Made by a program: the position numbers and the translations under genes. Positions 39,686 to 51,400 of a stretch of DNA of 64,000 nucleotides are shown here, in pieces. Under the pieces are notes generated by a model, which worked only from the letters and a program-made list of their open reading frames with translations, did not search any database and was not told where the DNA came from. Position 1 is the stretch's first letter. The number at the start of each line of letters is the position of its first letter. The stretch comes from Saccostrea cucullata (taxonomy: Eukaryota): NCBI RefSeq assembly GCF_032062105.1, contig NW_026935768.1:434001-498000 (forward strand), in the 5' to 3' direction.

Positions 39686-40260
39686 TATGCCCCCTTCAAA
39701 GAAGGGAGGGCATATTGCTCTGCCGCTGTCTGTCTGTCGGTCCATTTCATTTCCATTCATTTTCTTCACAACCATTGCACATTCTGAAATGAAATTTGGT
39801 ATACAGATATATCAGATGAATATCTAGGTCGAGTTCTGTTTTGGGAACAGTCGCGCCATTTTTGACAGAGTTATGCCGCTTGGACTTAGAAAAATTCCAA
39901 TTATTTGCAGATTCCGTTCATTTTCTTCGCAGAGGTTGCACATACTGAAATAAAATTTAGTATACAGATTTTTCAGATGAATATCTAGGTCAAGTTCTGT
40001 TTTGGATATGGTCGCACCATTTTTGACAGAGTTATACCCCTTGGACTTAGAAAAATTGCAGATTCTGTTCATTTTCTTCGCAGAGGTTCCACATACTGAA
40101 ATGATTTAAATTTAGTATACAGATTTTTCAGATGACTATCTAGGTCAAGTTCTGTTTTGAGTACAATCACGCCATTTTTGACAGAGGTATGCCCTTTTGG
40201 ACTTTCAAAAATTCCAATTTGGGGGAAGGGGGGCATAAGTGTTTTACAAACATCTCTTGT
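39686..40260 (+). mobile_element. Second HINE family nested inside the first
   Basis: ttatgcccccttcaaagaagggagggcata, then (gtct)n; three internal tandem units (atacagat..gatgaatatctaggtc); 3' gggggcataa..tgttttacaaaca..ttgtt. Confidence 0.75.
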
Positions 40261-40573
40261 TAAGATTTAAGTTTGTTCAAATCATGACGTCGACCTCCAA
40301 AGGTAGGGTGGGGCAATTATGGGGGATCAAAATTTAACATAGGAATATATAGGGAACATTCTTAAAATTCTTCTTCTCCAGAACCACTGGGCCAGGAAAG
40401 ATGAAACTCATGTGGAAGCATCCTCTGGTAGCTAGTGTAAATTCAAGTTTGTTCAAATTATGAGACTCAGGGGTAGGGTGGGGCCATTATGGTGGGTGAA
40501 AGTTTAACATAGGAATATATAGGGAACATTCTAAAAATTCTTCTTCTCAAGAACCACTGGGCTAGGAAAGATG

Positions 40574-40665
40574 CATCGTCGGTAACCCACGAGTGATTCA
40601 CATCAATTCTCTCTATCATCACTTGAGGAAGCTTGCGGACTCGAAACCCGTGGTTTGCGACGATG
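40574..40665. mobile_element. 92-bp MITE, 9-bp TSD
   Basis: catcgtcg..aacccacg / cgtggttt.cgacgatg; TSD GGAAAGATG at 40565-40573 and 40666-40674. Neighbouring satellite units show the empty site. Confidence 0.8.
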
Positions 40666-40944
40666 GGAAAGATGAAACTCATGTTGAATCATCCTCTGGT
40701 AATGTAGATTCAAGTTTGTTCAAATTATGATCCCCGAGGGTAGGATGGGACCACTCATGCATTTAAAACTTTTAAAATTACTAAACTCATTTTTGCTTTT
40801 TTCTCGGCCTTAGTACTCAGGTGAGCGATGTGGTCCCCGGGCCTCTTGTTTTTGTTTCTTAAGAGTCTGCCTGTCTCAATGAATTGCATGTTATGATGTA
40901 CATACTTAATATTCCCCTTCTTGAGTAAAGAGGGCATAATTATG

Positions 40945-41450
40945 ACAAGAGACCCATGGGCAACATCGCTTATCTGAGTACTTTTGCAGGGAAAAAAGAG
41001 TCATTATTGAAAACTTTTAAAATAAAACTTGTCTTGGGAAGGGTAGAGCAAGAGGGTCATGATTGAGCATGATTTTCCCATTTATTTTAATATCCTATTC
41101 TACTGTAAAACGTTCATCCCCTTGGTGACCCCCAACTTACTCCCAGGGTCCTTGATTTGAAAATAAACATGAATCTTCACCACCTGGGGATGCTTCCATA
41201 TCAGTACAACAAAACTGCAGCTTTGTTCTTGAGAAGACGACTTTTATGGGATTTTCCCATACATTCCTGTAAATTTTTTATCCTTATTGTAAACTCAGCC
41301 AAACCACGGGTCAAGATTTGAACAAATTTGAATCCTCACTATGCAATGAACGTGTTACATGTTTCAACTTTTTTTATTGTACTAAAACGATCTCTGGTTT
41401 TCTCTAACCAATGTACCCAGGTTAGCAATGTGGCCCATAGGTCTCTTGTT
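40945..41450. mobile_element. HINE derivative bounded by two outward-facing 3' termini
   Basis: acaagagacccatgggcaacatcgcttatctgag ... caggttagcaatgtggcccataggtctcttgtt, with degenerate satellite units between. Confidence 0.6.
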
Positions 41451-41808
41451 AATTACGAAGAAACAATGTCATGGGTCAACCTGAATATAGGACAGGTTTG
41501 GCTTTCCAGAAAGCTATAAGTGCCATCTCTTTGGTGTCGATAAAGAGTCCTAGAATAAAAAGTGGAAAGTAACCTTTCTGCTGTTAAGCCGATGAAAACT
41601 TCCAATGCTCACTACTAATACCCCCGCTGTGATGTGATTATATACTACCATATACATGTATTTCTTAATTTTAAGTATTTAATTCCGACCACTGAGACTT
41701 TTTGTTGGATTATATATATATACTATCATATAGATATAGACAAGTCAGTTCAGGCAGGTGCACAGACCTATAAACAGGAAAATGACATCAAATTCGAAAA
41801 AAAAGTTA

Positions 41809-43154
41809 CGAGGGCTGTTCAAAAAATAATGTCTCATGATCTATGACATACAACAGAGAAATCATATGACATTAAGTTTGACTCTCTCATGATTGAATCT
41901 AATTTACTGAGAACAGTTTAGATGACCACTTTTTATCACATACTTTCATAGTGAGAAGCTGGAAAACAAGGGCTAAACGAGACACTGCATTAAATTTATG
42001 GTAAAGATTCAGTAAAACAGAGTTAAATCAAACACTTCATTAAAGTTATTGTAAAACTCGTTAAGAATCCAAAAGAAATATTCACTAAAATATATGAAAT
42101 TTACAACAACCAATGTATGTTTTATAGACGCACGAGGACCTGGATTTCAATGAACAAAAACCGATATATTCGGCATCAAAAATGGGTACCGTCCTTGGCG
42201 CGACAAGGACCTATAACAACCGATGTACTGTTTACCAAAATTCAACAAATTATCGCTGATGATGTTTGGTTGATTTTAAGACACATAGCAAAATTGATAG
42301 GCATCATTTTGGGGGTAGTTTTCACTGTTTTAAAGAAACATTTGACAGTAAAAAGTCTTAGCACACAATGGTCACCCTATGTTTTGAAAAAAAATGAGTG
42401 AAAACGACAGCATGTAAAAATATCTGAACAATTATTTTTAAAAATCAAGAATTGTAGTTATCCATGTTTGTCTGAAATTCAAACAGATAGTGAAACTTTA
42501 ATCCATTGCTTTTGACCCTCGAAACAAATTTACAGTTAGACACGTGACAAAAACAGCCAAGGTCTGAGAAGAGCAAAGAATTGCAAAAGTACAAAAACAG
42601 TTCCTTATGTCATTTTCTTAAATATTAGTGGCCCTGTTGTTCAAATTGTCATTCGGGGTGGCAGTTCAATTTCTGGAGAATTCTAGAAAGCAAAGTTTTT
42701 TTCAAACAAAATCGAAAGATTTATGAGAGGATGGAAGCAGAATCAAGAATCCACAACATTAAATCTCTTCATGACAACGTCCGAACCTACACGCCATGAA
42801 GAGTAAATGAGTTTGTGGTATAAACAAATACCAACAATATTCGACGGATCTTCTACCCTTTGACTTGTTTATTTCATTTTCCAAACTTGAAAACAAACCT
42901 CAGTTTCAGACAGATCGAAGAAACAAGTCCAGGAAATCACAGGAATTGCAATATTCTTGTATTCGAATTTAAGGGCCATACTCAAAGATGTGTTCTAGAA
43001 ACAATCAGAAATTGGATAGGCCTAAAAATGTTACACACGTGTTATAACTAAAAGAGAATATTTAAGTGAAATCATTAAGACTAAATCTTAGAAAAGCTCT
43101 AAGTTTTTTGTTTCTTTCCGAGCACCGGGGACATTACTTATTGAAGAGCCCTCG
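41809..43154 (+). mobile_element. Decayed mariner (DD34D) transposon
   Basis: TA|cgagggctgttcaa ... ttgaagagccctcg|TA. Broken transposase: KHFIKVIVKL..KEIF (HTH), TDSETLIH (TGDETW-like), HDNVRTY (HDNARPH-like), YSTDLLPFDLFHFPNLK (YSPDLAP-like). An inverted extra left end lies at ~43410-43493. Confidence 0.85.
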
Positions 43155-43572
43155 TAATCCCACCATCGTCATGCCTCAACAAAGATTGTTCTAAAATTTT
43201 CAATCATCTGCAATGAGCAATTCATTTTTATTGCTGAGAAAACTGCAACGAAATTTGTAAAGATAAAACGGAGAGACGTACGGATAAAGAAGTAAACTTC
43301 GGATTTGAACAAGAGTGAATCCCACCATACGGCATGTATGCCTCAACAAAGAAACTATGTGGTGAGAAGTGTTCACATAAACTGCTTTCAAATCATAAAA
43401 GATTCAATAATAAGAGAAAGTCAAGCTTAATGTCATGTGATATCTATGTTGTATGTCATAGAGTTCAGGGCATTATCTATTGAACAGCCCTCGTATGGCA
43501 TGTCTTAGCAAAGAATGTGCTAAAATTTTCATCATCTGCAATGAGTAATTGCTGAGGAAACTGCAACGAAAA

Positions 43573-44142
43573 GAGCAATATAAGTTAAGTGTCTCAAATG
43601 GCCCCTTAAAATGAATATCTTGATTTAATTTATATATAGTGTTAATTTGCACGGCTATACATTTGACCTTTCTTGGCCATTTTCAATTTGATCAAAATGC
43701 CACTAATTTAGAAATATGACATCATAAAGTTCACGTTTTCCCGCCAATTTAGCATATTTTGTATAAAACTGCATCTTTTCAAACAGTTTTTCTTCTAGAA
43801 GATATTGAGCGCAGACTAGAACAAAACAAAGATGTATATCCAATACTAATTACTGACAGAAAGATTATGCATGTTCTAATTAAACTGCGCTATATGTTTC
43901 CCATAAGAAAAAAAACATGAATAAAAAGGCATGATTTTGGTTTTTTTGGTTAGATAGCAAAAATATAGCATTATTTCTGATGTCATTTACAGCCAGTGAC
44001 TGCATATAAATGTGAAAAATATATTGGAAATATTTCTAATATAATCTCCTCTACAAAATAAATACAAACTAAACATATCTGAATATCATTCTAAAATGTT
44101 GATTTTTAGGGGGCCAAAATTGTCTCTAACCGTATATAGCCC
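43573..44142. mobile_element. Spy-like non-autonomous element, family B
   Basis: AAA|gagcaatataagttaagtgtctcaaatggcccc ... ggggccaaaattgtctctaaccgtatatagccc|TTT, inserted into a repeat unit whose sister units read acgaaatttg. The host is a minus-strand HINE of about 41600-44365. Confidence 0.7.
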
Positions 44143-44469
44143 TTTGTTATGTATGGTACGGACAAACTCAGGGATAAAAAAGAAGTTGACATCAGATTTG
44201 GACAAAAATGATTCCCATCATATAGCTCACATCAACAAAAAGTGTGTTAAAATCTCAATCATCTGCGATGAGTAAGTGCTAAGAAAATTGAAACGAAAAT
44301 TTGTTACGGACAGACAGACGGACAGACACACAAGGGTAAAACAGTATATCCCCTCTCCTTCGGAGAACATTCAACAGTCTGTAATAGGTTGTAGGCATCA
44401 TGATGTTAAAACCCGTGGTATGTATCACAGTCATTCACTTTTTCCACTGGCAATCGCAAAGACTGATTT

Positions 44470-44790
44470 ATGAATTGATTGTTGTTTTTTGTCCTTTTCG
44501 AGAATTTTTAAGTTGAATATAGAGACCATATTTCAATAAAGGAACGTTAAGACAACTTAGCACTCAGAGCTATCGAACATTGAGAGATTTTAATTCGTTG
44601 TGCTCAATCACGGCGTGACATGGGACCTCGGTTTTAAGCTCTCATCCACAGGACCCACAACTTTTACTTCAAAGTGCCAAATCCTTTGCGAAGGAATAGA
44701 TGCTACCTATTTTTTTTATCGACTTAGGAAAAATTTTAACATGGTCCACGACTTTACGATAACGAAGCGAAATCTTTAAAATAAGCCATC
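44470..44790 (-). mobile_element. Degenerate tRNA-derived SINE (bivalve type)
   Basis: (gatt)n-like tail at the left end; central gtgacatgggacctcggttttaagctctcatcc motif as recalled from oyster SINEs; degraded head at the right end. Confidence 0.5.
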
Positions 44791-45469
44791 TTTCAATAAA
44801 CTTAGAGAAAGTTTGAAGGCGCAAACATTTCAATTCTTTGCCACTGGACCCATATCTGACAAAAGAACTACATTATGTTATCCTAAAAACCAATTCACTA
44901 TTAGCTCTGCATGGTGTTATTTTTGCTGGATGAAACTCATACAATGGAAAACCAGTTTTAGCTAGATCTTGTATAATTCTATTTTTTAATTCTTCAAACA
45001 AGATGACATAATTCATGCATTAAGATTCCTCTAGAAATATGAAAGGAATAAAATACCAATATTGCCTTTTGTTAAGTGTCTTTTATTCCGATGCAAACTT
45101 GGGTTCGAGTTACATTGTCAGTATACAAATCAACTTTAAAATAAAACCTTATATAAAACCTAAATAGTAACTTATTTAAATGTCATATTGATTTACGTAT
45201 CTGTTTGAGAATTTCAATTAGATCACCGGAGCATACGATCTACTCAGAGTCAAATCGATTGTTTTGGAACAGTCGATAAAGCACTGGGAATAACATGGTA
45301 AACTGCGCTTTATGATGCAACTCTTTCGTCAAATAAGAGAAATATTATATTCTTCCATCTATTTATCAAAAAAGGCGGAAGGATTTGATCAATGATCTTC
45401 CTGTAACCTGCCGCTGTTGGCGCACTCAAATCAACTTAAATCTCTCGATCCGTCCTGATTCAGTGCAAA

Positions 45470-48400
45470 ATGAGTGAACACGATAAGGAATTCTCCATGA
45501 TGCATAATTTTATGATTCTGAAGACGCATTTCAAAATTGACTCGGCAAAATTTCTTGGAAATATTCTACAGCTATGCTGGAGGGATATCGATAATTTAAA
45601 GAACCATGAAATGTTTCATTTACTGGATAATGGAAGCCAAGTTATGATATCAAGAAGAAACAGTTTTGTTCTGAGCTTTCCTGTTTTGTGTGAATTTTTT
45701 ATAAAAAGAATATGTGAGGACACAGAAAAGGAACAATACATGGATTCAGAGGTTGTTCGTGATGTCACTCGCCTCCAGCAAATTTGGAAGGTCAACATTT
45801 CTGAGAATGATGTTAAAAAGATATCTAACGATGTCGGCAAACAGATCTGGAGGGAGTTAGAGTGTATCGGGAAAAGCATGGCACAAAAGTTTGAAGAAGC
45901 AGGAAAAATATATCTTGAGAGCATTAGAAAATATTCCTCGGAAGGTAAAATACTTTAATTTTTTTCTTTTTTTATCAATGATAAGTGGTCCTTCAGAACA
46001 TTAGAGTTGGGATAAAGTGTCATGGAGGAGTAAGCATTTTTGTTGGCCGGTCAGATGCACCATTTATAAGACCCTTGTTATAAGGAATTCGAAACATGGG
46101 TATATGTGGATAATCCATTATGGAAATATAACAATACACAAGTCAATATAAAAAATATTGAGCTGATGATGTGTGTGAAAAAAGTTATCATGCAATCAAT
46201 ATTCAACCTGAGGATATATTGTATTGTGAACAAGGCTATCATGATGGCAAAATAATTACTTTCAATGGGATCGTGTGTAACCAACGTATTTGTCAATAGC
46301 TTGCATCGGTTTAGGTTTAGTTCGAATATAAAAATGATCTTGCGTATTGAATTAGATTGGGAGTATGATTGGCGTGCATTCAAATTATGTTATAAATCAA
46401 TATTTTTATTGTTCCAATTTTAACATACTCCTCAGAAATTTGGATTTCTGATTTTAATACAAATCCCAATAATTTTGATAAAACTCCTTTTGAAAAATCC
46501 AAAATTTCATCTTAAAAAACACATTAGGTGTCCATAATAAAGAGTCAAACTTAGCAACAAAAATTGAATTAGGTGTTTTCCCTGTACATACCAAATTTTA
46601 CCATCTTGTTTTTAAATATTATTCCAGATTGGAAAAATTAACAAAAACAAATAATAATTGCAATGTCATACTCAAGAATGCTTACTTGGAAGATACGCGA
46701 TCGGCCAGTGAAAATAAAACATGTTGGCAAAGTTTTATAAAATCAATACAGAAGATGTTAGATTTTAACTTTGACACAGATTTTAAAACTTTTAGTCCTA
46801 AACTTAAAAATTTCTTTGAAAATAATTTTTTTTCTGAACTCCAACACATTAACAATACTCAATGCGGTAAGCTGTCATTTTACAGTACATTATTCAACTA
46901 TGATGCTAAGAAACTGGAAATCCAACCATATTTGTGTTTTCCACTTCCTAAGAATTTATTTTCTTATCTTTCCAAGTTAAGAATAAGTGCACATAAGTTG
47001 TACGTAGAAACAGGTAGATATTGTAATCCTGTCATTCCTAGAGAAAATAGATTTTGTTTCCAATGTAAAACTCTTGTTGAAGATGAAAAACACTTTTTAC
47101 TTGATTGTCCTGTGTATAAAAATGTCAGGAAAAAGTATTCAAGGTTACTAGATGTTAATAACTTATCTTGTTTGCTTAATCCACATAACTTTGTATCTAC
47201 GAAACAAATCTGTCTATAAATCAGAGACTGTTTTGATATTAGAAAGAAGCTTCCAATAGTATAATATTTTGCAATACATGTATATGGCTAACAACACATT
47301 CCTGTATATAAATATGTGCTTTAGTGCCAATAAAGAATTGAATTGAATTTACCCAATTTTACATTCTAAATTTTGGAAACCTGAATGTGCGTGTATTTGG
47401 AAGTTGAGGACACGAGAGGGAAGGTTTTCAGAAGCTTGCAATTAACAAATTAACTGGCATTCACCTCAACAAAACAAAAATATATTAAATCAATAAACAT
47501 ATTCTTCTTAGAACAAGAGACTGATACATTCGTTGTCCAAATTGGTAATGAAAACAGAATGGATGTAAAGTTTGAGGAAGAATCAAGCGCCCCAGTATTG
47601 ATTCAGGTGGGAAAAAACAACAAGATAATAATTCATCTTGAAGACCGGCGAACTATGGAACAGCTCAGTACAAGTGAAAGAGGTAAGAACAAAACAAGTA
47701 AATAGTGTGAAAGGTAAGAAGCAGGGTGAGCGACATCAGAAACATTAAGTAGGGAAGGTTAGATAATTAAAGAGAATTAGAGGTGGCAGGTCTTAGGACA
47801 GAAACTTTGATAGATATAGACAAAGAATCATCCTTTTTTGATACATGCGATTTTTTTCTTACTTTCAGTGAAACTAAGGATGGTGTTAAGATCCAACGAC
47901 ACATCTGAATGGAGAGAAATAACAGAGAATATGATGGAAATGGACCTTCAGGATTTAAATTCCAGCGCAATACTAAAGGAAAATGATATAATTGTCGATG
48001 GGTTTGAGAAGGGGTGTCTTGTGGTAAATTTAAGCGTCTCCGGGGGAAATGGAATCAATGACTCTATGAAAACTTTATTTGAGGTCATATTTGAAGAGCT
48101 GAAAGCAGAAACCACTCTACTGAAATATCAAGCATCCTCCATTCATATTTATGGATATTTTTATTGTCCAGAGGAATTCCATTCAAAAGGTACCATTCTA
48201 ATTTTTTAGTCACATATGTCATTCAGATATATTGTTCTCCGTTTTTATACGTCGTAGGGTGTCTTTATCCGTTATAAATCTTTGAACATTTTGAGATAAG
48301 TATACTTCGCTTGAACTTACATATGTTTGGTGAATTTGGTCATGCACTATATTATGTATTGAAAAACCTTTCTACTTTTAAAAATCCTTTTGGTAGTTGT

Positions 48401-51400
48401 CTTGTCGCAAGCAAATTGATGAGCAGGACAACCTCTGCAAAGAATGGAGACAGAATGCATTATGGGTTGGGGAATAATTTGGTCTTAATTAGAAATCAAT
48501 TATGCCATTACCTTATTCACTTAACTCGCATTCTAGGAGTCAAAGGCATTGCTAGTAGCAATGACTGTATGTTCCTGGCAAGAAGGGTTTAAATACACCC
48601 AACTCCGAACAGTCCCATGATTAAATTGAGTATACTCATAACCAGAAAAACTATAGTCCAGGATTCTTCTTTGTTTTACTGGATATGTTACCAGATGTTG
48701 CACATATAATACTTTATATAAAATCGACATAGAGTACCATAATACGTAAGTTGTTAGAGCTATGATACATTTGTTTTTCTCTTCAAGAGTATTTTTTTTC
48801 TTGATTTGCAGATGTATCTTCCGGTCAGAATCAAAATGTATCAATATTTTGTCATCACTCATGGGAAAAGGACTCAACAGTCTGTGATGTCGATATATAC
48901 CTTACTGATTTAATGAAAAATCTTATCATTCAAGGGTTTTCAACAGATGGTAAGTATCAAAACAGTATAAAATTGTACAGAAAGACAACAAATTCCTGTA
49001 GTTTATGGAATTGCAATTGGCGTTGCCGGTACAAGAGAGTGGATTTTTACAGTTTGAACTGCAGAATCATGTTAAATTGTGTCGATTTTTAAAAATTTAC
49101 TGTTATTTTTCTTGCAGTGGACGAGCTAATTGAGCTGCAGATCAGACATGATACGATCAGACTGGGAACAAAAGTCGTGCCTCCCTCCGAATCACCTCAA
49201 TCTCTATTCAACGAAAACTTCAGTGATCTTCTAAACGAGATAGTGAAATCATCACCACTGCACCTATACAGTTCAAATAAGACGGACTCTGCAATTAGTT
49301 TAATTTTCAAGTGCAAGGGTAAAATGAAGTATGCAAGTTTTGTCGTGGAAAAGGGCATCATAAGCAAGATATCAAAGGCAATAAATGCGCCGAATTCGCT
49401 GTTGAGAGTTTCTTTCTTTATTGATACCAATTTCGTCAACGACTCACTTTCTGACCAGGGTATGGAATTCTCTTCAATATACTGTAGATCAATTTTTTGG
49501 CGGCATTTGTTTTCGCAAGATAATATTTGATATTCAAGAGAGACAGAGATACCAAATTTTTACGAGTATTGAATATTGTGTTATAAAATATGTCTCAAAA
49601 GACATGAATTTTCGCGAGCTGAAAGAAAATTATCTGTACAGTGTACATGTATTTAATTTTAACGATTTTATATTTTTAAAGACGCATTTATAATACTTTT
49701 TCGTATGCCCCCCCCCTTTTTTTTTTTACTTTATTAAATATTTACCTGTTTTCTTTTAAAGGTTTGATTTTCTACTTGAACCCACTATCGAAAGTGTCGG
49801 ATGCTATCCAAAGCGGAAAATTTCCCCGTATTGTCACTGCAATGCTAGAAGGAAAGGATACCTCTCTCCTTCAAAATGTTGGGGAATTGAAGATAAAAGC
49901 TGTTCTCGAATATCAAGAAGGTACAAGAAATTCCAATGTTCATCACGTTACTAAGTTTGAGAGAGGGGGAGGGGGGTTATATTCTGTATATTGATACACG
50001 GTTTGACCAAAGCAATGACTTTAAGAGGAAGATATAATGCATTAAAAATTTTATTTCTTGAAAAACTATCCGTATAACCATATGCTTAAGGTTAAGAGTA
50101 AAGTGAGTCAGATATCTTTAGGATGCGGCATTTACTGTCACCACTGCTGTCTTATCCTTGTCCTGATCGGGTAAAAGGAAATATAGGTAGTTCAAAATTA
50201 ATGTTTTAAATGTGTATATGAAAGACGTTAGACAGCAATGACATACACTCAAAACAAGGTTGTATGAATTTCAGAGATAATTTATGATTTTATCCGGCTT
50301 CTACATAGAAAACAATGGAGGCTCTCATTGAAATTTTATGAAGAATAGCAGATAGTGACATTTTATAACCTTTGCTCACATTTCCTTTAGGTATAATCAA
50401 GTTAAATTTAGTTTTCTAAAGGTCTAATGAGCAATTTCCAAGTATAAAATGCATTTGAAGCATTGCTACATCCTCATTATTTATCTCTTTTTATTAAACT
50501 AGATAAAGGGCCCTTCTTACCTCAACATTCCAAATCTTTCCCTTCAGAGACAGGAACCGTTGCTCCAGAAGAAAGCAAAGGCGATTCCAGAGAAACAAAG
50601 CTGAGAGATACTTTATTGAAGGCATGCGAAATGGGAAATCCTAATCTTGTACAACAGATTCTAGAACAAGGAGAAAATCCAAATTTTCGAAACGAAATGC
50701 TTCAGACTCCTGTTCATATAGCTTCTGAAGGAAATCACGTGCGAGTTCTGGAACAGCTTCTTCTTCATGGCGCAGAAATAGATGTATATGATATAAATCA
50801 CGAAACACCACTGATCATGGCTTCTCGAAAGGGGAACTGGAAAATTATTGTAGAGCTTCTGAAGCAAGGAGCCGACCCTGACTTATACAATAATGAAAAT
50901 CAAGCCGCCCTTTATGTTGCTGTGGAACACGACCATCGCTATGCAGTTTCGAATTTGTTAAAGTTTGGTGCCGATCTGAATGTCGGACTCGATCAATGTA
51001 CCCCTCTGCATGTTGCATGCAGAAAAGAAAACCAGTTGATTATTAGGGAATTGCTTTCATACGGAGCCGATTTGCATTGCATTGATTCTAATCAGAATTC
51101 CCCTTTACATATTGCCCTTCTATGGAGCAATGACGTATTAAAATGCATATCAATAGTCGAGGAACTATTGAAAAATGGTGCATCCATCAATAGATTCGGT
51201 GATTGCATGAAAACACCACTGTGTATAGCATCCGAGAGGGGTTTCGTAAATATTGCTCGTCTACTACTATCAAAAGGTGCTGAATCTAATCTGGCCGATA
51301 TTGATAATAACTTGCCCTTTCATTTGGCTTCTAAAAACGGTCATAAGGAGGTATTGATAGAGCTGATTAGATATGGTAACTTCGTTGATAGGTTTAATGC

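Larger units (their letters stand above)
39020..40850 (+). mobile_element. HINE element with ~168-bp satellite units and two nested insertions
   Basis: 5' tttagctcacctgagccgaaggctcaagtgagc, then (gtt)n; units at 39301, 39469, ~39637; 3' ctcaggtgagcgatgtggtccccgggcctcttgtt. Confidence 0.85.

Noticed and set aside
46629-47219. 196-aa ORF as an exon of the ankyrin gene or a separate host gene
   Set aside because: Carries LINE ORF2 C-terminal motifs and a simple-repeat tail; the gene frame closes without it.
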